The notes beneath the pieces were generated by a model that did not search any database, was not told where the DNA came from, and saw only the letters and a program-made list of their open reading frames with translations. The translations under genes and the position numbers were made by a program. Source: Leptospiraceae bacterium (lineage in GTDB: Bacteria > Spirochaetota > Leptospiria > Leptospirales > Leptonemataceae). From it: a stretch of 64,000 nucleotides of DNA. How positions within the stretch are numbered: the first letter of the stretch is position 1; each line of letters starts with the position of its first letter. Positions 30,700 to 40,720 of the stretch are shown piece after piece. The stretch spans positions 416,001-480,000 of the forward strand of contig JAVJNR010000008.1 in the NCBI GenBank assembly GCA_040217195.1, written 5' to 3'.

Positions 30700-32154
30700 A
30701 TGCTCTTTAATACAGCTATATTTCTAATTTTCTTTGTATTTATTTATCTTGTTTACTGGAGCGTTCGCGGGCAGGCCAGGCTCTATGTAGTTGTACTTTC
30801 CTCCATTTTTTTCTACGCGTTCTGGTCGCCTCCCTTTGCAATCCACTTTCTATCTATAGTACTTCTGAACTTCCTGTTCATCCTGCGAATTAGAAATTCG
30901 CAGGCCAAAAAGGGATGGCTCATTGCGCTGGTTCTGCTTGATGCGACCAACCTATTTTTCTTTAAGTACTTCTACTTCTTTTTGCGGATCCTGCTGGATG
31001 TAACCGGATTAAATCTATTTGAACGACAGGAATTCAATCAGCTTCTGATAGATGAATTCTCAGTAAAAGGCATTGTACTTCCTCTTGCTATTAGCTTTTA
31101 CACATTTCAGTTAATCGCCTATGCAGTGGACACTTACCGGGGAGAAATCGAAAAAAGGCACAGCCTGATCCAATATTTAACATTCATATTGTTTTTTCCA
31201 CAACTGGTGGCAGGACCTATCGTCCGCCACAGCGAATTCTTCTATCAAATTGAGGATCCTCATTCCATAAAACCGGACCATCAAAAATTGATATCCGGAA
31301 TCTATCTTCTTATCCAGGGAGTGGTAAAAAAGATTCTGATCGCAGATAATCTGGTGCCGCACACTACATTGATTTTTGGGCAACCGGAACGATTTGACTG
31401 GTTTACACTTGTGGCCGGTTGCTTCGCATTCGGAGCACAGCTGTACTGCGATTTCTCCGGGTATACCGATCTTGCTCGTGGTCAGGGCAAGCTACTTGGC
31501 ATTGAACTACCGGAAAATTTCTTTGCTCCCTATTTCAGCCGCTCGGTTCGGGCTCTGTGGAATAACTGGCATCGAACTCTTACCTCCTGGCTTAGAGACT
31601 ATGTTTACATAGCCATGGGCGGCCAGTCCGTATCCTTTATTCGAACTCAGTTCAATGTAATTCTTACCTGGGCCATGGTAGGGCTATGGCATGGGGCCTC
31701 TTACAATTATCTACTTCTGGGCGTCTATCACGGTTGCTTTATCGCGATGGAAATTCAATACAGAAGGCTTCAAAAACAGGAAATACTTCCGGTTCTATCC
31801 CAGAGATTTCCCTGGCTGCAAAAACTTCAGGCCTTCACAGGACCTATTTATACACTAACAATTCTTGGCGCTGGATTCGTATTGTTTATCACGCCGGACA
31901 TGGAAACAGCAGCCACGATGTATGATCGTATGTTTACCGGTGCCACAGGCGAGCGATCCGTCTACACTGGCTGGTTCTTCAGTGCATTTCTGGCTGCCAT
32001 GATTTTCAATGCTTTTCAGCTAAAGCAGTACAGTCCAGGAAAGCAAAGAGCCTGGTTGTATTATCTGGCTCTTTTTGTTCTGGGCTTTCTGGTTGCAGCA
32101 TTGCTGGGTGCTTTCGCTCCGGGTTCAGAAGACTTCTTTTACTTTAAATTTTAG
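30700..32154 (+). CDS. MBOAT-family O-acyltransferase (AlgI/DltB-like)
   Basis: LPLAISFYTFQ, FFPQLVAGPIVR, YCDFSGYTD, WHRTL..WLRDYVYI, GLWHGA. Confidence 0.93.
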   Translation: MLFNTAIFLIFFVFIYLVYWSVRGQARLYVVVLSSIFFYAFWSPPFAIHFLSIVLLNFLFILRIRNSQAKKGWLIALVLLDATNLFFFKYFYFFLRILLDVTGLNLFERQEFNQLLIDEFSVKGIVLPLAISFYTFQLIAYAVDTYRGEIEKRHSLIQYLTFILFFPQLVAGPIVRHSEFFYQIEDPHSIKPDHQKLISGIYLLIQGVVKKILIADNLVPHTTLIFGQPERFDWFTLVAGCFAFGAQLYCDFSGYTDLARGQGKLLGIELPENFFAPYFSRSVRALWNNWHRTLTSWLRDYVYIAMGGQSVSFIRTQFNVILTWAMVGLWHGASYNYLLLGVYHGCFIAMEIQYRRLQKQEILPVLSQRFPWLQKLQAFTGPIYTLTILGAGFVLFITPDMETAATMYDRMFTGATGERSVYTGWFFSAFLAAMIFNAFQLKQYSPGKQRAWLYYLALFVLGFLVAALLGAFAPGSEDFFYFKF

Positions 32155-32171
32155 GCAGAGGCAAATGCGAT

Positions 32172-33323
32172 ATGGATTTTATTCGTTATAAAATACTTTT
32201 CATTCCATTACTGATGATTCTGGGACTTCTGGCTGCGGATCGACTATTCAACAATCCAGACATTGTAAAATACACAGTGCGATGGACAAACTTCGAAAGA
32301 GAGAATTACCAGTTCAAAGAAATGCTCTTTCGGCAACTTCTGGGTGAGGCATCGGATCGAGAAAAAGAAGGCCTCAAGCTGGGACTGTTGTTTGGCACTT
32401 CCAGGATCATGGAATTTGACAATACAGAAATAGACCGATTGACCGGGCAGCATTATACCTACAATTTTTCAGCACCGGCCGCCACCCCATCCTATTACTT
32501 TTACTGGCTGGAACGGATTCAGGAAGCAGGACTGCTGGACCAGGTGGACTTCGTTTTTTTGGAATTCGACCCCACTATACTGAATCGCACAAATACTAAA
32601 GTATCTCTGGCCTATTCCTATGATCCTGATTTTGTACTGGAGAATCTTGAACTGGACGAATCCAGACCACTAAACATTTGGGATGCGGAAGGAGCCGGCT
32701 TTAACGTGGATGAGGCGGAAACTTTCTTTGTGAAGCAGTATATCTCATTGAGTAAATATCCGATCAACCCGGCTAACATCCTGGAAAATCAAAAGACTAC
32801 CCTGGTTCCCACCGGCTCGGGGGATCTCAAAGCACTGCACAAGTGGGAAATCAAACAGGAGCTAATCCGAGAATCCAGAGAAACGTTGAGAAAGCATCGG
32901 GGCGGACGCCCTACTTACGCTCAGCCCGATCCGGATCCACAAGACCTGGCATCCCATGAGAGGATTACCAGTAGAATGCATATTCAGTATCTGGTTCTGG
33001 CACCATCGCAGATGATATTTTTTAAACGGACTTTGAGGTTGCTTGCAAGCCAAAGAAAAGAGGTAATTCTATACTGGCCTCCTTCCACTCCGGGTCTTCG
33101 CCAGGCAATGCAGGAATACGATTTATTCGATCGTCACAGAGCTGAACTAATTTCTCTGACGCAATCTCTGGAAGAAGAGTATCCCGGTGCTAGATTTACA
33201 ATTTTAGACCCAATGGAAATCGAAGGATTTCCCTGTCTGGACCTGGTGGACTCATTCCATCTAAAGAGCATGTGCTTTCCCGCTGTGGCCCGTCAGGTAG
33301 TGCAAATCCTGGAAAAAAGGTAA
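32172..33323 (+). CDS. DUF1574-like / SGNH-like partner of the MBOAT
   Basis: N-terminal TM, FGTSR, YNFSAPAATP, C-terminal DSFH (DxxH); directly follows the MBOAT gene. Confidence 0.7.
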   Translation: MDFIRYKILFIPLLMILGLLAADRLFNNPDIVKYTVRWTNFERENYQFKEMLFRQLLGEASDREKEGLKLGLLFGTSRIMEFDNTEIDRLTGQHYTYNFSAPAATPSYYFYWLERIQEAGLLDQVDFVFLEFDPTILNRTNTKVSLAYSYDPDFVLENLELDESRPLNIWDAEGAGFNVDEAETFFVKQYISLSKYPINPANILENQKTTLVPTGSGDLKALHKWEIKQELIRESRETLRKHRGGRPTYAQPDPDPQDLASHERITSRMHIQYLVLAPSQMIFFKRTLRLLASQRKEVILYWPPSTPGLRQAMQEYDLFDRHRAELISLTQSLEEEYPGARFTILDPMEIEGFPCLDLVDSFHLKSMCFPAVARQVVQILEKR

Positions 33324-33349
33324 GTCAGCACCGGCTGATTGAGAAGCGG

Positions 33350-34900
33350 TCAATGAATGGATCGATTTTGACCTTTCCAGAAAGGGTCTCTCAATTGCCT
33401 GCGGAGTACTTTGCCGGAGGGATTTCTGGGAAGAGCTTCAATCATTTCCACACGACGGGGCCGTTTGTACTGGGCCAGAGCTTCCGGTTTCCAGGACCGT
33501 AGCTCCGCTGCATCCATGCTACGATCTGAAACAATAAATGCGCAGACTGCCTCTCCAAATTCATCATCCGGTATGCCCACAACCGAAACGTCCCGTATGT
33601 CCGGATGCTCTGCCAGAAAGCGTTCCACCTCGATGGGATAGATTTTTTCTCCTTTGGATATGATCAGATCGTTCTTACGATCCAGTAGATACAGATAACC
33701 ATCCGAATCCAGATATCCAATGTCTCCCGAAGCGAACCAGCCGTCCTGAAAACATTCTTTGTTTTCCTCCGGTCGATTCCAGTAGCTATCCACAACGGTT
33801 GCTCCTCGCAGAAATACTTCTCCGGATTCTCCTGGTTTGCAGATTTCATCTCCTGAGCGAATCTGAATTTCAATTCCTGCAGCAGCCTTTCCAGCCGAGG
33901 CACTTCGATCCGGCGTTCCGGTCCTTGCTGCAGCCCTGGTGGATGAGGAATGCACCTGAAGTATGTCCAGATGATCCTGTACAGAAAGTATCGTTGCCAC
34001 TCCGGTGGTTTCTGTTAGACCATAGGCCTGGGTATAATCGCATTTCAACCTGGCATGGGATGCTTCCAGCAAAGGACGGGAAATGGGAGAGGCTCCGTAG
34101 ATCAAATGCTTCAGAGATGAGAAATCGGCGGTGGCTGCGTCCGGATGATTGATTACAGCCTGCTGCATGGCCGGAACCATCAATCCATGACTGATCTGAT
34201 GCGTCTCGATGGCCTGGATAACGGCCCCTGGATCAAAGCGAGGAAGCAAAACATTGGTCGCCCCTCCCAGAAAACCCATAAATAGAATACCTACGCCGGC
34301 GATATGGAAAAAAGGGGCACAGACCAGGTTGACGGATCCAAACCCAAAGGAAGGTGTTTCCAATCTGAGCTGTTCCAGCAAGGCCAGGATATTGGCATGA
34401 TTCATGGGCACGCCTTTAGGATGACTGGTTGTGCCCGATGTGTAGAGCTGAAGAAACGTCTGTCCGGCCTCCGGTAGAACCGGATTGTCCATTGCTGACT
34501 CGCTGCGTCCGGACTCCCAGAAATCGCCGGGAAGATTAACAACCTGGCGAGAAGACTCTTCCACCAGAGGTAGAAAATCCTTTCCTGCGAAAACGATCTG
34601 ACAATCCGCATCATCCAGAATGAAATCTGTTTCTTCTCGTGATAAACGCCAGTTCAGAATTACCGGAATTACACCTGCGAAAGCGCAGCCCAGAATTAGC
34701 TGCACAGCAGAGGCACTGTTGTATTCCAGAAGACCCACTCGATCGCCGGATTTTAGATCCATGCTCCTAAGTCGATGAGCCATGTAATGGGCCTTGTTTC
34801 TGAGCTCCCCGTAGGTGGCACTGGCCTGTCCGACCATGGCCGTTCTATCCGGACTGAGACGGGCCCGATATTCCAGAACCTCGATCAATGTACTATGCAT
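33350..34900 (-). CDS. Long-chain acyl-CoA synthetase / ANL adenylating enzyme
   Basis: YTSGTTSHPKG, AYGLTET, SGDIGY, IYPIEVE, LPRNPSGKV. Confidence 0.92.
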   Translation of the reverse strand: MHSTLIEVLEYRARLSPDRTAMVGQASATYGELRNKAHYMAHRLRSMDLKSGDRVGLLEYNSASAVQLILGCAFAGVIPVILNWRLSREETDFILDDADCQIVFAGKDFLPLVEESSRQVVNLPGDFWESGRSESAMDNPVLPEAGQTFLQLYTSGTTSHPKGVPMNHANILALLEQLRLETPSFGFGSVNLVCAPFFHIAGVGILFMGFLGGATNVLLPRFDPGAVIQAIETHQISHGLMVPAMQQAVINHPDAATADFSSLKHLIYGASPISRPLLEASHARLKCDYTQAYGLTETTGVATILSVQDHLDILQVHSSSTRAAARTGTPDRSASAGKAAAGIEIQIRSGDEICKPGESGEVFLRGATVVDSYWNRPEENKECFQDGWFASGDIGYLDSDGYLYLLDRKNDLIISKGEKIYPIEVERFLAEHPDIRDVSVVGIPDDEFGEAVCAFIVSDRSMDAAELRSWKPEALAQYKRPRRVEMIEALPRNPSGKVLRRQLRDPFWKGQNRSIH

Positions 34901-34942
34901 AACTAATCCCTATTCGATTTTCTCCGGTCTAATTCTTCGGGA

Positions 34943-35977
34943 CTACGGTCTATTGATTTCCTGATACAGGGCGGCTCCGCCCGAATAGCCGGCCCCGGCT
35001 GCAGTAAGCAGAACTCTTGCCCCCGGAAATAACTTTCCCTCTCTGCGAGCCACATCCAGGGCAAAAGGAAGGGTAGCAGACGTTGTATTTCCGGTATAAT
35101 CGATGGTGATTACAGTCTTATCCATGGAAATGCCCAGTTTCTGTCCCACCGTTTTCATGATTTTTAGATTTGCCTGATGTGGAATGAAGCAATCGATTTG
35201 ATCCAACGATATATCTGCCTGCTCGCAAACCAGAATACATAACTCGGACATGGCCTCCACTGCATCTGCGAATATCTGATGACCATCCACAGTCATTTTC
35301 ACCGAATGCAGGCCCTTCTTAACAGTCTCCTCCGAAGCAGGCATGGCACTGCCTCCTGCAGGCGTATAGAGATTCAGGGCTCTGGATCCATCGGACCAGA
35401 GTTCGCAGCCAAGCATACCGCCTGAGGCCTCCGTCCTGGAAAGTATGATGGCGCCCGCCCCATCGGCAAAAATGGGGCCCAGCCGCCTGTCCCGGGCCTG
35501 GATAAATCGAGACTTGATGTCTGCTCCAATGACCATTACATGATTCAATCCGCCAGCCACCAGACGCACTCCATGGTCCAGACCAAACAGAAAACTGGCG
35601 CAGGCCGATTGCTTATCTTCTGCCGGGCAGTCCGCTCCAATGAGATTCTGTATGCGATTTGCCGCTGCAGGAGAGGTCCAGTCCCCGGTAGTTGTACAAA
35701 GGATGATATGATCCAGATCCGTAGCCTTCAGCCCGGCATTCTCCAGAGCCAGAAGGGCAGCAGATGCACCCAGGTCGCTGGTTGCCAGATTCGAATCCGC
35801 AAAATGTCTCTGCCGCACACCCACATGACTTTCAATCCATTCAGGTGTTGTATCCAGGGAACGATCCCTGATTAGAATCTCATTGTCCACGGGACTTGAA
35901 GGCAAAAAGCCACCGGAACCGGAAATGAATATTCCGGACGGATAACCCGGTCTAATTCTGGTGTATCTTTGTGCCAT
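34943..35977 (-). CDS. 3-oxoacyl synthase III (FabH-like) #1
   Basis: Cys-His-Asn triad: SACASF, IPHQAN, TGNT; IFADGAGA. Confidence 0.9.
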   Translation of the reverse strand: MAQRYTRIRPGYPSGIFISGSGGFLPSSPVDNEILIRDRSLDTTPEWIESHVGVRQRHFADSNLATSDLGASAALLALENAGLKATDLDHIILCTTTGDWTSPAAANRIQNLIGADCPAEDKQSACASFLFGLDHGVRLVAGGLNHVMVIGADIKSRFIQARDRRLGPIFADGAGAIILSRTEASGGMLGCELWSDGSRALNLYTPAGGSAMPASEETVKKGLHSVKMTVDGHQIFADAVEAMSELCILVCEQADISLDQIDCFIPHQANLKIMKTVGQKLGISMDKTVITIDYTGNTTSATLPFALDVARREGKLFPGARVLLTAAGAGYSGGAALYQEINRP

Positions 35978-35986
35978 GGCGTTTAA

Positions 35987-37249
35987 CTAATCTGCAATAA
36001 TGAAAGCTGTATTTCCAGGAGGATGCTCATTTAGTCTCATTCGACCATGAATAGTTCCAATCTCTTCAAAGGAATGAATGGCTCCCAGATAGGGAGCCAA
36101 TTTTCCATCCTGGATCAATTGATGTAAGTAATCGATGTCGGGCCGACCGGCAAAATGGGAGCCCTGAAGGCGCTGACTACTTGAGCAGAAAAGCCCTCCT
36201 TCCATTTGAGCCATATAGCCGGTGGTGCCTGCACAAATCACAACCATTCCGCCGGAAGAACAACAATACTGAGATATTGGAAGAGTATTCTGCCCTGGAT
36301 GCTCCAATACAATTTCAGGACTGACACCACCTGTTAATCGTAATACTTCTTCTCGAAAAGCATCTGCCTGTTTGAACCAGGAGCGGTCCCGAGCTCCAAC
36401 GGGCAGACCCGGCACTATGAATTCCGAGCGATTGATGGCCACCGCACCCAGAGATTCTACCACCGACTTTTTTTCCTGCGAATTCACCACTGCCACAGGT
36501 AGGCCTCCGCAGCTTCGCACAATCTGAATGGCCATGGAGCCAACTCCACCGGCACCGCCCCATATAAGTACAGGCATACCCCGAGAAACGGTATTGGGAG
36601 ACCAGTGAAGTAGCATTCGAACGGCTGTGGCCCCGCAAAGCAGATATACGGCACTTTGATTCCAATCCAGGGCCTTTGGCCTGGGATAGAGTTGCCAGGA
36701 TTTCACAAGACAGAACTGAGCAAAGGAGCCCCAGTTAGTCTCATAGCCCCAGGCTAGCAGGCTGGGAGCCATGGAAGGATCGCCTCCGGACTGAATGTAT
36801 GGATCGGATGAATCCCAGCTGGCAGGAGACACAACCACTTCATCACCTTCATGAAAATTCTGAACGCTGGAACCGGTGGCATAAACTATCCCTGCAGCAT
36901 CAGATCCTCCTATGTGAAAATCCTCACCGGCTCCCTGCTTCATGCGCATGGAAATCACATCCACTGGATGACCCAGGGAAGCCCAGACATTGTTGTAGTT
37001 CAGACCGGCCCTCTTCACAGCTACCAGAACTTCATCCGGTCCAGGCAAAGGTACATCCACAATTTCCATTTGAAAGGCACTGGAAGGATCTCCATACCTC
37101 TCTCGCCGAATCACCTGGGCATGCATCTTTTCCGGAATGGGTCCGGGCCCTGGCAATTCTCCCAGGGGCAACGGTGTAGCTACTGATTCCATTTGATGGT
37201 GGGGCTCCCGGTTGCTGGTATGAGGCGGATTGAAAAGTATATCAATCAT
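35987..37249 (-). CDS. ccr: Crotonyl-CoA carboxylase/reductase-family enoyl-CoA carboxylase
   Basis: AGLNYNNVW, HIGGSDAAG, WGYETNWGSFAQF, VLIWGGAGG, EHPG, CAGTTGY, LQGSHFA. Alternative start MESV at 37192. Confidence 0.88.
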   Translation of the reverse strand: MIDILFNPPHTSNREPHHQMESVATPLPLGELPGPGPIPEKMHAQVIRRERYGDPSSAFQMEIVDVPLPGPDEVLVAVKRAGLNYNNVWASLGHPVDVISMRMKQGAGEDFHIGGSDAAGIVYATGSSVQNFHEGDEVVVSPASWDSSDPYIQSGGDPSMAPSLLAWGYETNWGSFAQFCLVKSWQLYPRPKALDWNQSAVYLLCGATAVRMLLHWSPNTVSRGMPVLIWGGAGGVGSMAIQIVRSCGGLPVAVVNSQEKKSVVESLGAVAINRSEFIVPGLPVGARDRSWFKQADAFREEVLRLTGGVSPEIVLEHPGQNTLPISQYCCSSGGMVVICAGTTGYMAQMEGGLFCSSSQRLQGSHFAGRPDIDYLHQLIQDGKLAPYLGAIHSFEEIGTIHGRMRLNEHPPGNTAFIIAD

Positions 37250-37376
37250 AATTCAATATTAGGATTCAGATAGAAAACACCGTCCGGTCCCTCAAATCCA
37301 GATCCCCGGAAAGAAGCCGAGCTGTAACAGAGAAAAAAATTCTATCTTTGCAGATATAGAACGGAACAAACGAGTC

Positions 37377-38423
37377 ATGGGCGGATTAAAACTTACACCG
37401 GTTCCGGGAGTAGCACTCATGGGAGCCTCCAGCGCCTTCTCTGCCTCAGGTACCTGGGTAAGTAACGAAGATATTCATGCCCTGGTTTATGGTCCTGACT
37501 GGAGGGAGGCCATGGCAATAAAAGGCCTGGACCCGGATCATCCGGCGAAGAAAGGGTTTAGCCGCAGACACTGGACCCTGCCTCCGGAGTCGCCCAGGAC
37601 TGGACAGGAAGAGAATTCGGCGGATCTAATGCAACAGGCTGCAGAAAAAGTGCTCAGTGAAACCGGAATGTCGATTCGAGAAATAGATCTATTCATCGCC
37701 GTTTCTACCACGTCGCCCAGGTATACATCGTCCCTGGGTACTCTGGTAGGCGGCCGCCTGGGATTTCAGGGCCCTGCTTTCGAAATGAAATCTGGCTGTT
37801 CCAGCACAATCTATGCTCTGAGCATTGCCTATCAATTCCTGGCCGGGGCAGCCCGTTCAGTATTGATCGCATCTGCTGAAACTCTCAGTCGTGTAATCTC
37901 AATAAACGGTCCATTTATCTATGCGGCCGGAGATGGAGCAGGAGCTATTCTATTGCAGAAAGTGGATGATCCAGGCAGGGGACTTGTAACTGGATTTCTG
38001 AATTCTGATGGAAGCTATGCGGATTCCATGGGAGTTCCGGGCATCCTGCCACCTACCAGGCAGGCCCTGGATCAGCAGGAATATTACATGGGCCAATCGG
38101 ATTCCCTCTCCTCCGATGTGAAACCGTTCTGGATGCAATCCCAGCAATCCTTAATTGAATCTGAAAATCGCAGCTTTCAGGACATCGACCTTTACATACC
38201 TCATCAGACAAGTAATTCCATTCTTGATCTGCTGGCTCAATCCATGGGATCCCACTCGAATAAACTTTTCCGATGCCTGGACCGTTACGGCAATTGCGGA
38301 TCGGCCACTTTACCCATTGCTCTGGCTGAAGCTCTGGAAGGGCAACAGGCATCCGGCCGGCGAATTCTATTAAATGCAGTGGGTGGTGGATTGGCCTGGG
38401 GCAGCCTTCTAATCAATACTTAG
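37377..38423 (+). CDS. 3-oxoacyl synthase III (FabH-like) #2
   Basis: Triad SGCSS, IPHQ, YGNCGSAT; GDGAGA; VGGGLAWG. Confidence 0.88.
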   Translation: MGGLKLTPVPGVALMGASSAFSASGTWVSNEDIHALVYGPDWREAMAIKGLDPDHPAKKGFSRRHWTLPPESPRTGQEENSADLMQQAAEKVLSETGMSIREIDLFIAVSTTSPRYTSSLGTLVGGRLGFQGPAFEMKSGCSSTIYALSIAYQFLAGAARSVLIASAETLSRVISINGPFIYAAGDGAGAILLQKVDDPGRGLVTGFLNSDGSYADSMGVPGILPPTRQALDQQEYYMGQSDSLSSDVKPFWMQSQQSLIESENRSFQDIDLYIPHQTSNSILDLLAQSMGSHSNKLFRCLDRYGNCGSATLPIALAEALEGQQASGRRILLNAVGGGLAWGSLLINT

Positions 38424-38462
38424 TGACTATTCGGGAAATCATAACAGGACTGAAAACATTCC

Positions 38463-39221
38463 ATGCATGGAAAAACTGTAATCATTCTGGGCGCCAGCCG
38501 CGGCATTGGCGCTGAAACAGCAGAACTGCTGGCGGCCAGGCAGGCCCGGATATTGCTGATCGCAAGAAACGGCGGCGAGCTGAAAAAACTTCTGGATTCA
38601 TTACCCGGCACGGATCATTCGCATCTGGTACTGGACCTGGCCGAATCAGAGAGTGCCCACTCCATCATGGAACACTGTAAACAGTGGGGCATCCCGGACA
38701 TAGTTGTGTGGAATTATTTCGCCAGATCGGATTTGGGGCGACTGAGCCAATTACAGGCTAATTCTCTAAGCGGTGCAATTAGCAGAAATTGCGAAGTTCC
38801 TCTGGCTCTGTATCGCGGTTTTCTGCCCGAACAGAAGAATCAAAAATTCGGTCGATGGATCCTGGTGAGCTCGGCCATTGCAGGTCTGTCAGGCCCGGGA
38901 CAGGGAGTTTACGGCGCAGTTAAATCAGTTCAGGAATCCTTGATCCGTACCATAGCAGTAGAACAGGGACACAATGAAATAACCGGAAATATCGTCCGAC
39001 CCGGATTCATAGATACTCCAGGCGTTCAGCAAAACTATGATTCGCAGACCAGGCAAAAGCTGGCTTCCATGAATTTACCAGCCAGAGCGGGCAGTCCGAA
39101 AGAAGTGGCTGCAGCCATTGGCTATCTGGCCTCAGACCAGGCAGGTTTCGTAAATGGAACAGTGCTTCCAGTGGACGGAGGAATGAATCTGGGCTGGTTT
39201 CTGCGAAGGGAAAGCAAGTAA
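38463..39221 (+). CDS. SDR oxidoreductase (FabG-like ketoreductase)
   Basis: GASRGIG, VSS, YGAVK (YxxxK), PGFIDT, VDGG. Confidence 0.9.
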   Translation: MHGKTVIILGASRGIGAETAELLAARQARILLIARNGGELKKLLDSLPGTDHSHLVLDLAESESAHSIMEHCKQWGIPDIVVWNYFARSDLGRLSQLQANSLSGAISRNCEVPLALYRGFLPEQKNQKFGRWILVSSAIAGLSGPGQGVYGAVKSVQESLIRTIAVEQGHNEITGNIVRPGFIDTPGVQQNYDSQTRQKLASMNLPARAGSPKEVAAAIGYLASDQAGFVNGTVLPVDGGMNLGWFLRRESK

Positions 39222-39543
39222 TTCGAATTCTAAGATTAAACCTCAATTTAAAACGGCGCCAGAATCAGAAGTACCAGACATCCTATGGGTCCGACACGCG
39301 ATTAATACAAATCCTGGAATTGAATCCGACAGGAACCGAATACAACTGATAGAACGGAATCCATCCCGCGCCAAATAAAGGTCTTTAATTTAAATTCGGC
39401 CCGCATCAAATGTCGTTTTTAAACTTCTATCCGCCCGGCACCAAATGCCGGGGCCAATTTTGAATCGGAATCTCAGTCAATCCAGTCTGGAAATCCAGTA
39501 CGGCTTCACTCAGTACCGGTCCTGAAATTGAGTCCTGACCGAA

Positions 39544-40635
39544 CTAATTCTCGTAAACAACCAGTGTGGATGGATTTCCCAGGTTTCCAAAGGTATTGAG
39601 TGCAAGCACGATGTCTCCGGTTTTTGGATTCACAGCAACTTGATTGATGGAAGAGATTTTTTCACTTACAGTGGCCACCCGGTTTCCGGTGCGTATATCC
39701 CAGATAATGAACGGACCTGTGGGATCTCTTTTGTAACTTACACTTACCGCATGATGCTCATCGATTCTGGCCACTGAAGTAACATGTCCTTTATGTCCGC
39801 TCATGGTTCGCAAAACACGACCTGTATTTAGATCTATTACAACGACCTGACTCTTGAATGTAGCCCCCACAGCAATGGATTCGTTTTGGTGCAGACTCAT
39901 TGAAATGATGTCATCGCTATAAGGAATGGTCTTAAGTTTCTGACCATTCACGGACCAGATATGGATACCGTGTAATCGATTCTGAACAGAAACAAAGATT
40001 TTCTGCGAGTCACTACTAAACAGGATCTTACCCGGCACAAAATCATTTACAGCAAAAGAACCCAGAGTGGACACCTTAGATCCGGTTTGCATGTTCCACA
40101 ATTCCAGATAGGTTCTACCTGCCCGGGCACCTGAAATCACAAGGAATTTGTTATCGGAAGAGAAGGCCAGTCCAAAGGTTTCATCGAATTGAGAAAGTGA
40201 GTATTTCAGCTCACCGCTTCTCGAATTCCAGACCTTTACCTGATCTTTACCCAGCGTACCGGTTGCGATTAGTTCTCCGTTTAGCTGAGCATCCAGCTGA
40301 TACACTCGACCTTTATGAGCCTTAAAGCTTCTTTGCACATCGCCATCGTCCGCATCCCGAATGGCAACTGTTCCATCTGCATGACCGGTAATCAGGGCAT
40401 CGCCTTCATCGGTGAAAGCCAGGGTTACTACCTGAGCCTCATCGAAACGTATTTCGTATGCGATACTCGTGGGCCAGGCCCATAATGCAGAAACCATGAA
40501 AAAGCAAAACGCAGCCAGGACCGCCAGGATTTTTACACGGAAAGCCTGGACTCCTGGTTTAATTCTGGAAATCGGTTGTGAGATAGGCTGATCCTTCTTG
40601 ATAGAACGGAAAAATAGGTCAGTGAGGCGATGCAT
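39544..40635 (-). CDS. Exported WD40-repeat protein
   Basis: AHKGRV, VKVWN, ELWN, GHKGHVTSV, IIWD repeats after a signal/TM segment; start uncertain. Confidence 0.8.
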   Translation of the reverse strand: MHRLTDLFFRSIKKDQPISQPISRIKPGVQAFRVKILAVLAAFCFFMVSALWAWPTSIAYEIRFDEAQVVTLAFTDEGDALITGHADGTVAIRDADDGDVQRSFKAHKGRVYQLDAQLNGELIATGTLGKDQVKVWNSRSGELKYSLSQFDETFGLAFSSDNKFLVISGARAGRTYLELWNMQTGSKVSTLGSFAVNDFVPGKILFSSDSQKIFVSVQNRLHGIHIWSVNGQKLKTIPYSDDIISMSLHQNESIAVGATFKSQVVVIDLNTGRVLRTMSGHKGHVTSVARIDEHHAVSVSYKRDPTGPFIIWDIRTGNRVATVSEKISSINQVAVNPKTGDIVLALNTFGNLGNPSTLVVYEN

Positions 40636-40720
40636 GGTTCTTTAGACGAATGGGCCGGCCATCTTACCTGGAAAATAGTTCTCCCGAACTCAATCCGAAA
40701 AAAACCATCCTCGTGAACAT

